DNA of 64,000 nt from an uncultured Actinomycetes bacterium (GTDB taxonomy: Bacteria; Actinomycetota; Thermoleophilia; Gaiellales; Gaiellaceae). Position 1 is the stretch's first letter. Each line of letters starts with the position of its first letter. This document shows, piece after piece, positions 10,127-20,802 of this stretch. The stretch covers positions 11,113 to 75,112 of the forward strand of contig CAWBIQ010000014.1 in the NCBI GenBank assembly GCA_963788875.1, written 5' to 3'. The notes beneath the pieces are model-generated. The model was not told the DNA's origin, made no database searches, and was given only the letters and a program-made list of their open reading frames with translations. The translations under genes and the position numbers were made by a program.

Positions 10127-11478
10127 CCGCCGTCGTCAACCCCGCGACCGAGGAGACGATCGCCGAGGTCGCGCCGCCGAGCGTCGAGGAGACCGACGCC
10201 GCCGTCGCGCGCGCGAAGGCGGCGTTCCCGGCCTGGCGCGCGGTCGCGCCGGCCGATCGGGCCGCGGCTGCTGCGCCGGCTCGCGACGCTCGTCGAGGAG
10301 CACCACGAGGAGCTGTCGCGGATCGAGTCGCGCAACGTCGGCAAGCCGATCGCGCGGCGCGCGCGGCGAGGTCGGCATGGTCGCGCAGGTCTTCCACTTC
10401 TACGCGGGCGCGGTCGACAAGCACCACGGCGAGACGATCCCGGTCGCGGGCGGCGTCGACATGACGTTCCGCGAGCCGCTCGGCGTCGTCGGGCTGATCG
10501 TGCCGTGGAACTTCCCGCTCAACATCGCGTCGTGGAAGCTCGGCCCCGCGCTCGCCTGCGGCAACACGGTCGTGCTCAAGCCGGCCGAGCTGACGCCGCT
10601 CTCGGCGCTGCGGCTCGCCGAGCTCGCGCTCGAGGCCGGGCATCCCGGAGGGCGTCGTCAACGTCGTCGCCGGCAAGGGCTCGGTCGTCGGGCAGCGGCT
10701 GATCGAGCATCCCGACGTGGCGAAGATCGGCTTCACCGGCTCGACCGAGGTCGGCCAGCAGGTGATGCGCGGCGCGGCCGGCACGATCAAGCGCGTCACG
10801 CTCGAGCTCGGCGGCAAGTCGGCGAACGTCGTCTTCGCCGACGCCGACCTGGAGAAGGCGGCCGCGGCGGCGCCGTACGCGGTGTTCGACAACGCCGGCC
10901 AGGACTGCTGCGCGCGCTCGCGCATCCTCGTCGAGCGCTCGCCTACGACCGCTTCGCCGAGCTGCTCGTCGAGGCGACGCGCGAGCGTGAAGGTCGGCGA
11001 CCCCGAGGACGACGACGACCGAGATGGGGCCGCTGATCTCGGCGGCGCACCGCGAGACGGTCGCGTCGTTCGTCGAGGGCGAGCCGCTCTTCCGCGGCGA
11101 CGCGCCGGACGGCAGCGGCTTCTGGTACCCGTGCGACGCTCGTCGAGGCGTCGCCCGACGACCGGATCGCGCGCGACGAGGTCTTCGGGCCGGTCGCGGC
11201 GCTGATCCCGTTCGCGGACGAGGCCGAGGCGGTGCGGATCGCGAACGACTCCGCCTACGGGCTCTCGGGCTCGATCTGGACGCGCGACGGCGCGCGCGCG
11301 CTGCGCGTCGCCCGCGCGATCGACACCGGGCGTGCTGTCGATCAACTCGAACTCGTCCGTGCGCGTGTCGACGCCGTTCGGCGGCTTCAAGCAGAGCGGC
11401 TTCGGCCGCGAGCTCGGCATGCACGCGATGGACGGCTACAGCGAGATCAAGAACGTCTACTACTCGACGGAGGACTGA
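10123..11478 (+). pseudogene. NAD-dependent aldehyde dehydrogenase, multiply frameshifted
   Basis: [16 protein letters not shown].., [103 protein letters not shown] and [15 protein letters not shown] are distributed over 3 frames with at least 5 changes. Confidence 0.85.
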
Positions 11479-12244
11479 TGGGTCGTCTGGACGGCAAGGT
11501 GTGCGTGATCACGGGCGCCGGCGGCGGCATGGGCGCCGACGCGGCGATGCTCTTCACCGAGGAGGGCGCGCAGGTCTGCGTCGCCGACGTGAACCTCGAG
11601 GCCGCCGAGGAGGTCGCGGCGCAGGTCGGCGGGCGTTCGCGGTGCAGGTCGACGTCGCCGACGAGACCTCCGTGCAGGCGATGTACGCGCGCCGCGAGCG
11701 CCGCTTCGGCGGCATCGACGTCCTCTACAACAACGCCGGCATCTCGCCCGCCGACGACGACTCGATCCTCGACACGACCTCGAGGCGTGGGAGCGCGTGC
11801 AGGCCGTGAACACGCGCGGCGTCTACCTCTGCTGCAAGCACGGGATTCCCGTACCTGCTCGAGCGCGGCGGCGGCTCGGTGATCAACGTCGCCTCGTTCG
11901 TCGCGCTCGTCGGCGCCGCGACCTCGCAGATCTCGTACACCGCGTCGAAGGGCGCGGTGCTGTCGATGAGCAAGGAGCTCGGCGTGCAGTTCGCGCGGCA
12001 GGGTGTGCGCGTGAACGCGCTCTGCCCGGGGCCGGTCGAGACGCCGCTGCTGCTGCGGATCTGGAGCGAGACGCCGGGCGCGGCCGAGCGCCGCCTCGTC
12101 CACGTGCCGATGGGGCGGATGGCGAAGCCGCGCGAGATCGTCAACGCGGCGCTCTTCCTGGCGAGCGACGAGTCGTCGTACGTGAACGCGTCGACGTTCG
12201 TCGTCGACGGCGGGCTCACCGCCGCGTACGTCACGCCGGAGTAG
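11478..12244 (+). pseudogene. Short-chain dehydrogenase/reductase (SDR), frameshifted
   Basis: [43 protein letters not shown] and INVASFVALVGAATSQISYTASKGAV..ALCPGPVETP..VVDGGLTAAY lie in 3 frames. The ATG overlaps the ALDH stop (TGATG). Confidence 0.8.
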
Positions 12245-12259
12245 CGGTGCCGACAGACC

Positions 12260-12283
12260 GCAACCAGGTTGAAACCTGGTTGC
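12260..12283. terminator. Hairpin GCAACCAGGTT/AACCTGGTTGC between convergent SDR and yjbQ (variant of the ACCAGGT..ACCTGGT repeat family)
   Basis: A 24-nt near-perfect palindrome 16 nt after the SDR stop. It is related to the copies at 20756, 52771 and 56770. Confidence 0.5.
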
Positions 12284-12310
12284 ACTCGCGCGCGTGTTAA
12301 CTAGGCAGTG

Positions 12311-12767
12311 CTATTCGTTGCCGACGACCTGGACGAGCCAGCGGCGGTCGCGCTCGCGGTCGAGCTCGATGAAGAGCACGCGCTGCCACGTGCCGAGCTG
12401 CAGCTCGCCGTTCGCGGACGGGCACCGACTCGCCGGCGGTGCCGAGCAGCATCGCCATGCAGTGCGAATGGCCGTTGCCCTGATCCATGTCCTCGGGGCA
12501 GATGTTCTCGGTGCGGCGGTCCCAGTCGTCGTGCGCGTAGTAGCTCTCGCTCGGCACGAGCCGGCGCAGCAGCTCCGCGAAGTCCTCGAGGAAGCCCGTC
12601 TCGAACTCGTTGACGCGGACGCAGCAGGTCGTGTGCGGCGAGTAGATGCAGGCGATCCCCTCCTGGACACCGCTCGCGCGGACCGCCTCCTGCACCTCCT
12701 CCGTGATGTCGGTGACCGTCAGGCCGCCGGCCGTCCGGAGGCGCGTCTCGTGCTGAAAGACCTTCAC
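12311..12767 (-). pseudogene. yjbQ: YjbQ/UPF0047 family (secondary thiamine-phosphate synthase-like), one frameshift
   Basis: VKVFQHETRLRTAGGLTVTDITEEV..GIACIYSPHTTCCVRVNEFE..HSHCMAMLLGT is in one frame. The C-terminus NGELQLGTWQRVLFIELDRERDRRWLVQVVG is in another, with the change near 12400-12420. Confidence 0.75.
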
Positions 12768-12856
12768 AGCGCCCCATTGTGCGGCATAGCGAGCCCGGTT
12801 TGAACGGAGAACCGCCTGTCTCAAGAGAACCTGCAGCGATACCCTGCGCTGCGAGC

Positions 12857-14653
<1,797 letters not shown>

Positions 14654-14867
14654 GGAACCCTGCAAAAGGGTACAGGGACGCCCGGCGTGCCCCGCCCCGA
14701 CGCCGCAGACGGGGGACGTCCCTTGATCGAGTGATTCTCCGTGCCCCTCACCCGACCGGGGGATGAAACACCCCGTAAGCGACATACGGTTAGGCCCGGA
14801 GCCAGGTGGCTCCTGCGGCAAATGCGGTTACTGCGGCCTGCGCGTTAGCGCAGAAGGGAGTTCTTTG

Positions 14868-16655
14868 ATGAAGCCAAGCTCGAGTGACGTGGGCTCGCGG
14901 GCCAACGCACTCTGGGGCAGAGGAGGCCGGCACGGCTCGCGAGGCCGAGTTCGCCCTGTGGCTGGGGGCGTTGCGGTGCTCGCGGCAGTGGCGGCACTTG
15001 CGCTGCCCGCGGCCGGTGTGGCTGCGGCATCGCCTGGCGCTGGGACTCCGGGATCGCTCTCGGTGTCCGCGAATGCGTTCGGTGTGTCGAGCCACCAGGC
15101 GGCAAGCCTTCCGCACGTTGGTGGTGCGAACGGCCCCGTCATCCCGGCGAACCTGCTCAAGCAGGTTCAGTCCAACCCCAAGCAAACGTTCCACCTGATC
15201 CTGCAGGGCAAGGTCGGCAGCGTCTCTGCCCTCACGCGCGCTCTGCATGCGGTCAGCAGCAGCCGGACCGGTAAGCCGTTCAAGTCGATCCCCGGCCTCA
15301 CGGTGACCATCAGCGGCAAGGACCTGCTGAAGGTCGCGCAGAAGTGGCCGAATCTGCTGTCGGCGATCACGGTCGACCAGACGATGAAGACGACGGACTT
15401 CCAGGACGGAACGATGTGGCCTGGATCCACCGACGTCGCGTCGCTCGCCTACCAGACCGACCAGAACACCGGCGAGGTGCTCGGCCCCGGCCCACAGGCG
15501 CCGGCGGTCGCGGTCATCGATAGCGGTGTCGACGCTACCGACACGGCCGATTTCGGCTCCCGCGTCGTGGCGACGGCGGACTTCTGCTCGCTCTGCTCGG
15601 ACAGCGGTTCGGGTCTCGACCTCGAGGGACATGGAACGATGGTCGCGGGCGTGCTCGCGGGCTCGAACGACATGCTCCCCGGGGCTGCGCCGAACGCTCC
15701 GATCGTCAGCGTCCGCGTCGCGAACGCCGACGGCGAGTCGATGGAGAGCGACCTCATCAAGGCGGCCGACTGGGTCCTCGCTAACAAGGACACGTACGGC
15801 ATCAAGGTCGTCAACATCTCGATGGCAGGCTCGTCGCCGACGAGCTTCCGGTTCGACCCCCTCGACCAGGCGGTGGAGCAGCTCTGGCTCTCCGGCGTCA
15901 CGGTCGTCGTGGCCGCCGGCAACTTCGGAGACGGCAGCCCGGTCGACATGTCGGCCGCTCCTGCCAACGATCCGTTCGTGATCACGGTCGGCGCTCTGGA
16001 TCAGAACCAGACAGCCGACCCGCTCGACGACACGGTTGCTCCGTGGTCGGCCTTCGGCTTCACGGCCGACGGCTTCTCGAAGCCGGACATCGCGGCTCCG
16101 GGTCGCTACATCATCATGCCGGTGCCGATGGGGACGACCATTCCCAACACCGTGCCGGATCGCGTGCTCATGCCCGGCTACATGTGGATGTCGGGTACGT
16201 CGTTCGCGGCCCCGATGGTTGCGGGCGCAGCTGCTCAGATCCTTGCCCGGCATCCCGACTGGACGCCGGACCAGGTGAAGGGCGGGCTGATGCTGACGGC
16301 CACCTACCTGGGCAACGTCGACTGGCAGGCGGCTGGCGTCGGCGAGGTCGACGCAGCATCGGCAGCAAACCTGACGTCCACTCCTCCGAACCCGAACGAG
16401 AATCTCGACACGTTCGTGGGCACTGACCCCTCGACCGGCCTGCCGGAGTTCGATGCGGCTGCCTGGGCGAGCGCGGTGTCCTCCGACGCGGCGTGGGCCT
16501 CGGCGGCATGGGCGAGTGCAGCGTGGGCCAGCGCGGCATGGGCAAGTGCTGCGTGGGCGAGTGCGGCGTGGAGCTCCGCTGCTTGGGCTTCCAGCGTCGA
16601 CTCGGCCGTAGTGTCCACCGAGTCCAGCTTCACGGAAGCGACATACAGCCCGTAG
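14868..16655 (+). CDS. Secreted subtilisin-like serine protease (peptidase S8) with I9-like propeptide and C-terminal AAWAS repeats
   Basis: SD GAAGGGAG (14852-14859) precedes ATG 14868. The signal peptide is VAVLAAVAALALPAAGVAAA. The catalytic triad is D (AVIDSGVD), H (HGTMVAG) and S (SGTSFAAPMVAG). Confidence 0.9.
   Translation: MKPSSSDVGSRANALWGRGGRHGSRGRVRPVAGGVAVLAAVAALALPAAGVAAASPGAGTPGSLSVSANAFGVSSHQAASLPHVGGANGPVIPANLLKQVQSNPKQTFHLILQGKVGSVSALTRALHAVSSSRTGKPFKSIPGLTVTISGKDLLKVAQKWPNLLSAITVDQTMKTTDFQDGTMWPGSTDVASLAYQTDQNTGEVLGPGPQAPAVAVIDSGVDATDTADFGSRVVATADFCSLCSDSGSGLDLEGHGTMVAGVLAGSNDMLPGAAPNAPIVSVRVANADGESMESDLIKAADWVLANKDTYGIKVVNISMAGSSPTSFRFDPLDQAVEQLWLSGVTVVVAAGNFGDGSPVDMSAAPANDPFVITVGALDQNQTADPLDDTVAPWSAFGFTADGFSKPDIAAPGRYIIMPVPMGTTIPNTVPDRVLMPGYMWMSGTSFAAPMVAGAAAQILARHPDWTPDQVKGGLMLTATYLGNVDWQAAGVGEVDAASAANLTSTPPNPNENLDTFVGTDPSTGLPEFDAAAWASAVSSDAAWASAAWASAAWASAAWASAAWASAAWSSAAWASSVDSAVVSTESSFTEATYSP
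16455..16595 (+). repeat. Nine tandem 15-nt units encoding (A-A-W-A-S)n at the protease C-terminus
   Basis: The units are gcggctgcctgggcgagc / gcggcgtgggcctcg / gcggcatgggcgagt / gcagcgtgggccagc and so on. They differ mainly at synonymous positions, and the second unit has diverged to AVSSD. Confidence 0.85.
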
Positions 16656-16685
16656 GTCGCTCCGGCTGACAACGGGAAACAACAT

Positions 16686-16723
16686 GAGCGGTGGCGGCCA
16701 GATCGGCCGCCACCGCTCGTTTT
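16686..16723 (+). terminator. Intrinsic terminator after S8 protease gene
   Basis: A 14-bp GC stem GAGCGGTGGCGGCC / GGCCGCCACCGCTC with a 5-nt loop, followed by GTTTT. Confidence 0.8.
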
Positions 16724-16797
16724 GAGCTATAGGGAAGGAATTAGAACGCCGATACCGGATTCGAGCATCGACCTTCCCCGCTTCGGCGTACACGCGA

Positions 16798-19700
16798 ATG
16801 CATCTGCGGTCAGACATAGTCCTCCGTCCGCCACCTTCGGGGTGGCTGCTCGCCGCGCTCGTCGCCGTCCTGCTCGGGCTGCCGGCCAGCACCGATGCGG
16901 GCACCGGTAGCTACCCCTCGCCGCTTTACCTCTCCAATGCGCCATCGAGCAAGCTGACGGGCAGCGACACGCTCATCTCGGCAACAGCGCCGCAACAGCC
17001 GGCGACCACCCCGACGACCTGCACGAGCTTTCCCTCTACCTGCCCGGTCGGCGGTCTGACCGGGACGTATCAGTACGAGTACACGCTCTGGGACTCCGTC
17101 GGCGGCGAGACGGCTCCCAGCGCGACGAGCACGTCGCCGAACGTGTCGAGCAAGCAGATAACGGTGAACAATCTTCCGACCGGCGCCGGCGTAAACGTCT
17201 ACCTCTACCGCGCGAAGTCGGGTGGCTCCGGCAGCCCGACGCAGTTTACCCGCGTCGTGACACTGATGAGTAACTCCTCGGCGTCGTACACCGACAACAT
17301 GTCCGACGCGACAGCCGCCACGCAGCCGCTCCTGCCCCTGTCGCAAAACCGGATCCCGCAGAACACGACGGGCTACCAGGACTTCTCCCCCGGCAACCAG
17401 GCCCCGGCGTCGGCGACGACGGCGATGGACACGAGCTCCTTGACGACGCCGAACGGCAAGGGCTGGATCGTCGATGGTGACGGTGGCGTAAGCTACCCGG
17501 CCGGTCAATGGGCGTTCCAGATCAAGCTGAAGCAGAACGCGAGCCTCGTGGGGACACCACCGGCCGGAGGTATTGCCCACCTCGTCGTCGGCATGTGGGC
17601 GGTCACGCTCTCCGGCAGTGCGATCTCGGGGTCGAGGATGCTCGTCGATCCGACCTGCTCGGTCAATCCCCCCCCGGCCTGCGACTCTGAAGGGGCTGGT
17701 GCAGGCGAGGACACGACGAGCTTCATCACCTCGAGCGGGACGTCGACGATCGTCCATACGGCCACCGTGAGCCAGTTCTCCCTGGCGAGCGACGAGCACC
17801 TGTACGTCCAGTTCTGGCGAAACGAGGCGTCAGCGCAGACGGCTGGTAGCGCGGCAAACGAGCTCGCGACGATGTTCGTGTACGGCGGGACGGCGCAGAT
17901 CACGCCTCCGGCGGCTCCGACCCCGGTCCCCGATCCTCCGCCGCTCGTCTCGCCGGCCGATGCGGCGCGGACGGCCGACACGACGCCGGATCTCTCCGCC
18001 ACGTATTCCGAGTCCGACGGCAACCCGGGCACACTTGCGTTCCAGCTCTGCTCCAACCAGGACTGCAGCACAGTGGTCCAATCGGACACGACATCGAGCC
18101 TTGCGAGCGGAGCGACCGGAACCTGGACGCCGACCGCGCTCGCCGAGGGCACGTACTACTGGCGAGTGCAGGCGACCGACTCGCTGAGCAACGCCTCCGG
18201 CTGGTCGAGCACGCGCAGCTTCGTCGTCGACACGACGCCGCCCGGGACGCCGACGCTCGGCGCCCCGGCCGACGGGACGCGCGTCAGCAGCTCGACACTG
18301 AATGCGACCTTCGTCGACTCCGACTCGACGGATCGCGGCATCGTCGACTTCGAGCTGTGCAGCAATGTGTCTTGCTCGGGGATCCCAACCACCGACACCT
18401 CGGCTTCCGTCAGCGGCGGTACCGGCGTCAGCTGGACGCCTACCGGGCTGGTTAGCGGCACCACGTACTACTGGCGCCTCCGCGCAACGGATACCGCGGG
18501 CAACCAGACGAGCTGGACGCCGACCGAGAGCTTCGTCCTCGACACGAACCCACCCGGGACGCCGACCCTCGTCGCCCCTGGGGTCGGCGTGTACCTTCCC
18601 GCCGGAGCGGGGCTGAGTGCGACCTTCTCCAACTCGGACAGCGGCGACAGCAGCACCGTCGACTTCAAGATCTGCTCGGACGTCAACTGCAGCACCGTCC
18701 TGATGAGCGGCTCGTCGTCGAGCGGCCTCGCGGACGGGGCGACCGGCAGCTGGATGCCGACGGGCCTCGCCGACGGCACCTACTACTGGCAGGCCCAGGC
18801 GCGGGACGAAGCCGGCAACCGATCCGCGTGGTCCACGGCCCAGGAGTTTCTGCGCGACGTCACGCCGCCCACGACGCCGACCCTTCCCGCGATCCCGGAG
18901 CACACCACGACGGTGCCGACTCTGACGGCGACATACGCCGATCCGCCGGCGAACGACGCCGGCACGCTGACGTTCCAGCTCTGCTCCACCAGTACGTGCA
19001 CGAGCGTCCTCCGGAGCAGTTCGAACGCGCTTGCGAGCGGCGCCGGCGCGAGCTGGACACCGCCGGTCAGTGGCGACGGAACCTACTACGTGCGCGTCGT
19101 CGCGGAAGACGCGGCCGGGAACGTTTCGTATTCGGCCGTGAGCGTCTTCAACCGAGACACGACGCCGCCGCCCGCGCCCGTGCTCGGCACTGTCTCGGGC
19201 ATGCGCGTGCACGCAGCGCCGCAACTCATCGCGACCGTGATCGAGCCGAGCAATCCCGGCGACTCCTCGCGGCTCCTCGTCGAGCTGTGCACCGACCCCG
19301 CGTGCACCTCGATCGCCACGACCGGCTACTCCGGCTTCGTCTCCGTCGACACGCCGGCGGGCTGGCAGGCCCCTTCGCTTCACGACGGTGTCTACTACTG
19401 GCGCGCGCTCGCCGAGGACGCGACGGGCAACCAGTCGCCGTGGTCGGCCGTCGCCAGCTTCGTCGTCGACACCGTCGCGCCGGCCGTGCCCGCGCTGGGA
19501 GGCCCGGCGGCCGGCGCGGCCGTCAACACGCCGCACCTGACCGGCGTGCCGGGCACGCCGGCCAGCGGAGTCGGGTTCGAGGTGTGCGCCGACGCCGCCT
19601 GCGCGAACGTCGTCGCCAGCGGCTACGCCTTCAGCCCGGCCACCGGCGCGGCTCCGAGCTGGACGCCTACGGGCCTCTCCGACGGCACGTACTTCTGGCG

Positions 19701-20040
19701 GATCGACGCGCACGATCTCGCCGGCAACGCCTCCGCCTGGTCCGAGACGAAGAGCTTCGTCCTCGACCAGACGCCGCCCGGCATGCCGCGCGAGCTGAAG
19801 GCAAAGGTGACCGGGATGACCCTCACGCTCCGCTGGCGGACGCCCAAGGTCGCCCGCCACCTGGTCGGCTATGCGCTGCTCGTCAACGGCAAGCGGATGC
19901 GAACTCTCACCCTCAAGACGCACATGGTGCGGATCCAGCTCCGCCGGAGCGAGACGCGCGTCTTCTCCGTCGTCGCCGTCGATGCCGCCGGGAACGTCAG
20001 CCGGCCGACGAAGCCGGTCGGGGCGGATCCCCGGCACTAG
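16798..20040 (+). CDS. Large secreted/surface repeat protein (signal peptide, ~370-aa N-terminal region, six ~100-aa Cys-pair Ig/FN3-like repeats, terminal FN3-like domain)
   Basis: A single 1080-codon ORF. The N-terminus is [34 protein letters not shown]. The repeats end in GTYYWR..A.D.AGN.S.WS....F..DTTPPG.P. The C-terminus [28 protein letters not shown] is FN3-like. Confidence 0.85.
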   Translation: MHLRSDIVLRPPPSGWLLAALVAVLLGLPASTDAGTGSYPSPLYLSNAPSSKLTGSDTLISATAPQQPATTPTTCTSFPSTCPVGGLTGTYQYEYTLWDSVGGETAPSATSTSPNVSSKQITVNNLPTGAGVNVYLYRAKSGGSGSPTQFTRVVTLMSNSSASYTDNMSDATAATQPLLPLSQNRIPQNTTGYQDFSPGNQAPASATTAMDTSSLTTPNGKGWIVDGDGGVSYPAGQWAFQIKLKQNASLVGTPPAGGIAHLVVGMWAVTLSGSAISGSRMLVDPTCSVNPPPACDSEGAGAGEDTTSFITSSGTSTIVHTATVSQFSLASDEHLYVQFWRNEASAQTAGSAANELATMFVYGGTAQITPPAAPTPVPDPPPLVSPADAARTADTTPDLSATYSESDGNPGTLAFQLCSNQDCSTVVQSDTTSSLASGATGTWTPTALAEGTYYWRVQATDSLSNASGWSSTRSFVVDTTPPGTPTLGAPADGTRVSSSTLNATFVDSDSTDRGIVDFELCSNVSCSGIPTTDTSASVSGGTGVSWTPTGLVSGTTYYWRLRATDTAGNQTSWTPTESFVLDTNPPGTPTLVAPGVGVYLPAGAGLSATFSNSDSGDSSTVDFKICSDVNCSTVLMSGSSSSGLADGATGSWMPTGLADGTYYWQAQARDEAGNRSAWSTAQEFLRDVTPPTTPTLPAIPEHTTTVPTLTATYADPPANDAGTLTFQLCSTSTCTSVLRSSSNALASGAGASWTPPVSGDGTYYVRVVAEDAAGNVSYSAVSVFNRDTTPPPAPVLGTVSGMRVHAAPQLIATVIEPSNPGDSSRLLVELCTDPACTSIATTGYSGFVSVDTPAGWQAPSLHDGVYYWRALAEDATGNQSPWSAVASFVVDTVAPAVPALGGPAAGAAVNTPHLTGVPGTPASGVGFEVCADAACANVVASGYAFSPATGAAPSWTPTGLSDGTYFWRIDAHDLAGNASAWSETKSFVLDQTPPGMPRELKAKVTGMTLTLRWRTPKVARHLVGYALLVNGKRMRTLTLKTHMVRIQLRRSETRVFSVVAVDAAGNVSRPTKPVGADPRH
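17926..19788 (+). repeat. Six diverged tandem coding repeats, period ~300-320 nt
   Basis: Unit boundaries ([10 protein letters not shown]-type linkers) are at about 18235, 18555, 18870, 19170, 19480 and 19780. Each unit has a C-x4-C pair (CSNQDCS, CSNVSCS, CSDVNCS, CSTSTCT, CTDPACT, CADAACA) and a W-x-P-x-x-L-x-x-G-x-Y-Y-W-R motif. Confidence 0.85.
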
Positions 20041-20081
20041 CACCTCACCCCGCGCGGCGACGCAGACAGCGGCCCCGCGTC

Positions 20082-20087
20082 TACGCT
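20082..20087 (+). promoter_or_regulatory. -10-like hexamer TACGCT, 6 nt before ATG 20094
   Basis: TACGCT-tgcggc-ATG with no SD. Confidence 0.45.
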
Positions 20088-20093
20088 TGCGGC

Positions 20094-20744
20094 ATGTTCA
20101 GCTTCGGCAAGCCGGCGACGATGGTGACGGCCGAGGAGGCGCTGCCGGGTCGCGCGGAGGCGATGTACGTGCCCGCGCGCCACGCGGTGCTCGGGACGCC
20201 CCTGGCGCCTCCGTTCCCCGACGGGCTCGAGCAGGCGATCGTCGGCATGGGCTGCTTCTGGGGCGCCGAGCGCGTCTTCTGGCAGGCTCCGGGCGTCTAC
20301 ACGACGGCCGTCGGGTACGCGGGCGGCTTCACCCCGAACGCGACCTACGAGGAGGTCTGCTCCGGCCGCACGGGCCACACCGAGGCCGTGCTCGTCGTCT
20401 TCGACCCGAGCCTGACGAGCTACGAGGAGATCCTGCGTCTCTTCTGGGAGAACCACGACCCGACCCAGGGGATGCGCCAGGGCAACGACCGCGGCACGCA
20501 GTACCGCTCGGCGATCTACTGGACGAGCGAGGCGCAGCGCGAAGCCGCGGAGGCGTCACGCGCGCTGTTCCAGCAGGAGCTCGACCGCGCCGGCTACGGC
20601 GAGATCACCACCGAGCTCGCGGAGGCGGGGCCGTTCTACTACGCCGAGGACTACCACCAGCAGTACCTCGCGAAGAACCCCAACGGGTACTGCGGGCTGG
20701 GCGGGACCGGAGTCGCCTGTCCCGTCGGCGTGCGCGCTTCGTAA
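20094..20744 (+). CDS. msrA: Peptide-methionine (S)-S-oxide reductase
   Basis: GMGCFWGAE active site, [37 protein letters not shown] and [10 protein letters not shown]. The start is an internal ATG of ORF 18828..20744. Confidence 0.9.
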   Translation: MFSFGKPATMVTAEEALPGRAEAMYVPARHAVLGTPLAPPFPDGLEQAIVGMGCFWGAERVFWQAPGVYTTAVGYAGGFTPNATYEEVCSGRTGHTEAVLVVFDPSLTSYEEILRLFWENHDPTQGMRQGNDRGTQYRSAIYWTSEAQREAAEASRALFQQELDRAGYGEITTELAEAGPFYYAEDYHQQYLAKNPNGYCGLGGTGVACPVGVRAS

Positions 20745-20755
20745 CGTCTACGACT

Positions 20756-20790
20756 GCGACCAGGTCGCGACGACGTCGCGACCTGGTCGC
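20756..20790. repeat. 35-nt palindrome GCGACCAGGTCGCGACG-A-CGTCGCGACCTGGTCGC (intergenic hairpin repeat family, likely bidirectional terminator)
   Basis: Lies between convergent msrA and SDR. It shares a 24-nt identical arm plus flank (GTCTACGACTGCGACCAGGTCGCG) with the inverted copy at 52771-52812. Confidence 0.7.
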
Positions 20791-20802
20791 TGCCGTTCAC
20801 CG

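Noticed and set aside
5138-12767. Programmed ribosomal frameshifting or recoding as the explanation for the split genes
   Set aside because: There are too many sites (at least 25). None has a slippery heptamer or stimulatory structure, and the shifts occur in unrelated genes at random sequence contexts.
14654-14867. c-di-GMP riboswitch or other structured leader upstream of the S8 protease, next to a GGDEF-EAL gene
   Set aside because: Several small hairpins are present (GGAGCCA-GG-TGGCTCC, GGGACG..CGTCCC). I could not recognise the conserved GEMM-I/II cores, so I have no support beyond adjacency.
16455-16595. AAWAS tandem repeat as an assembly or slippage artefact
   Set aside because: The units differ at synonymous codon positions and the reading frame is maintained through to a normal stop, so the repeat is genuine coding sequence.
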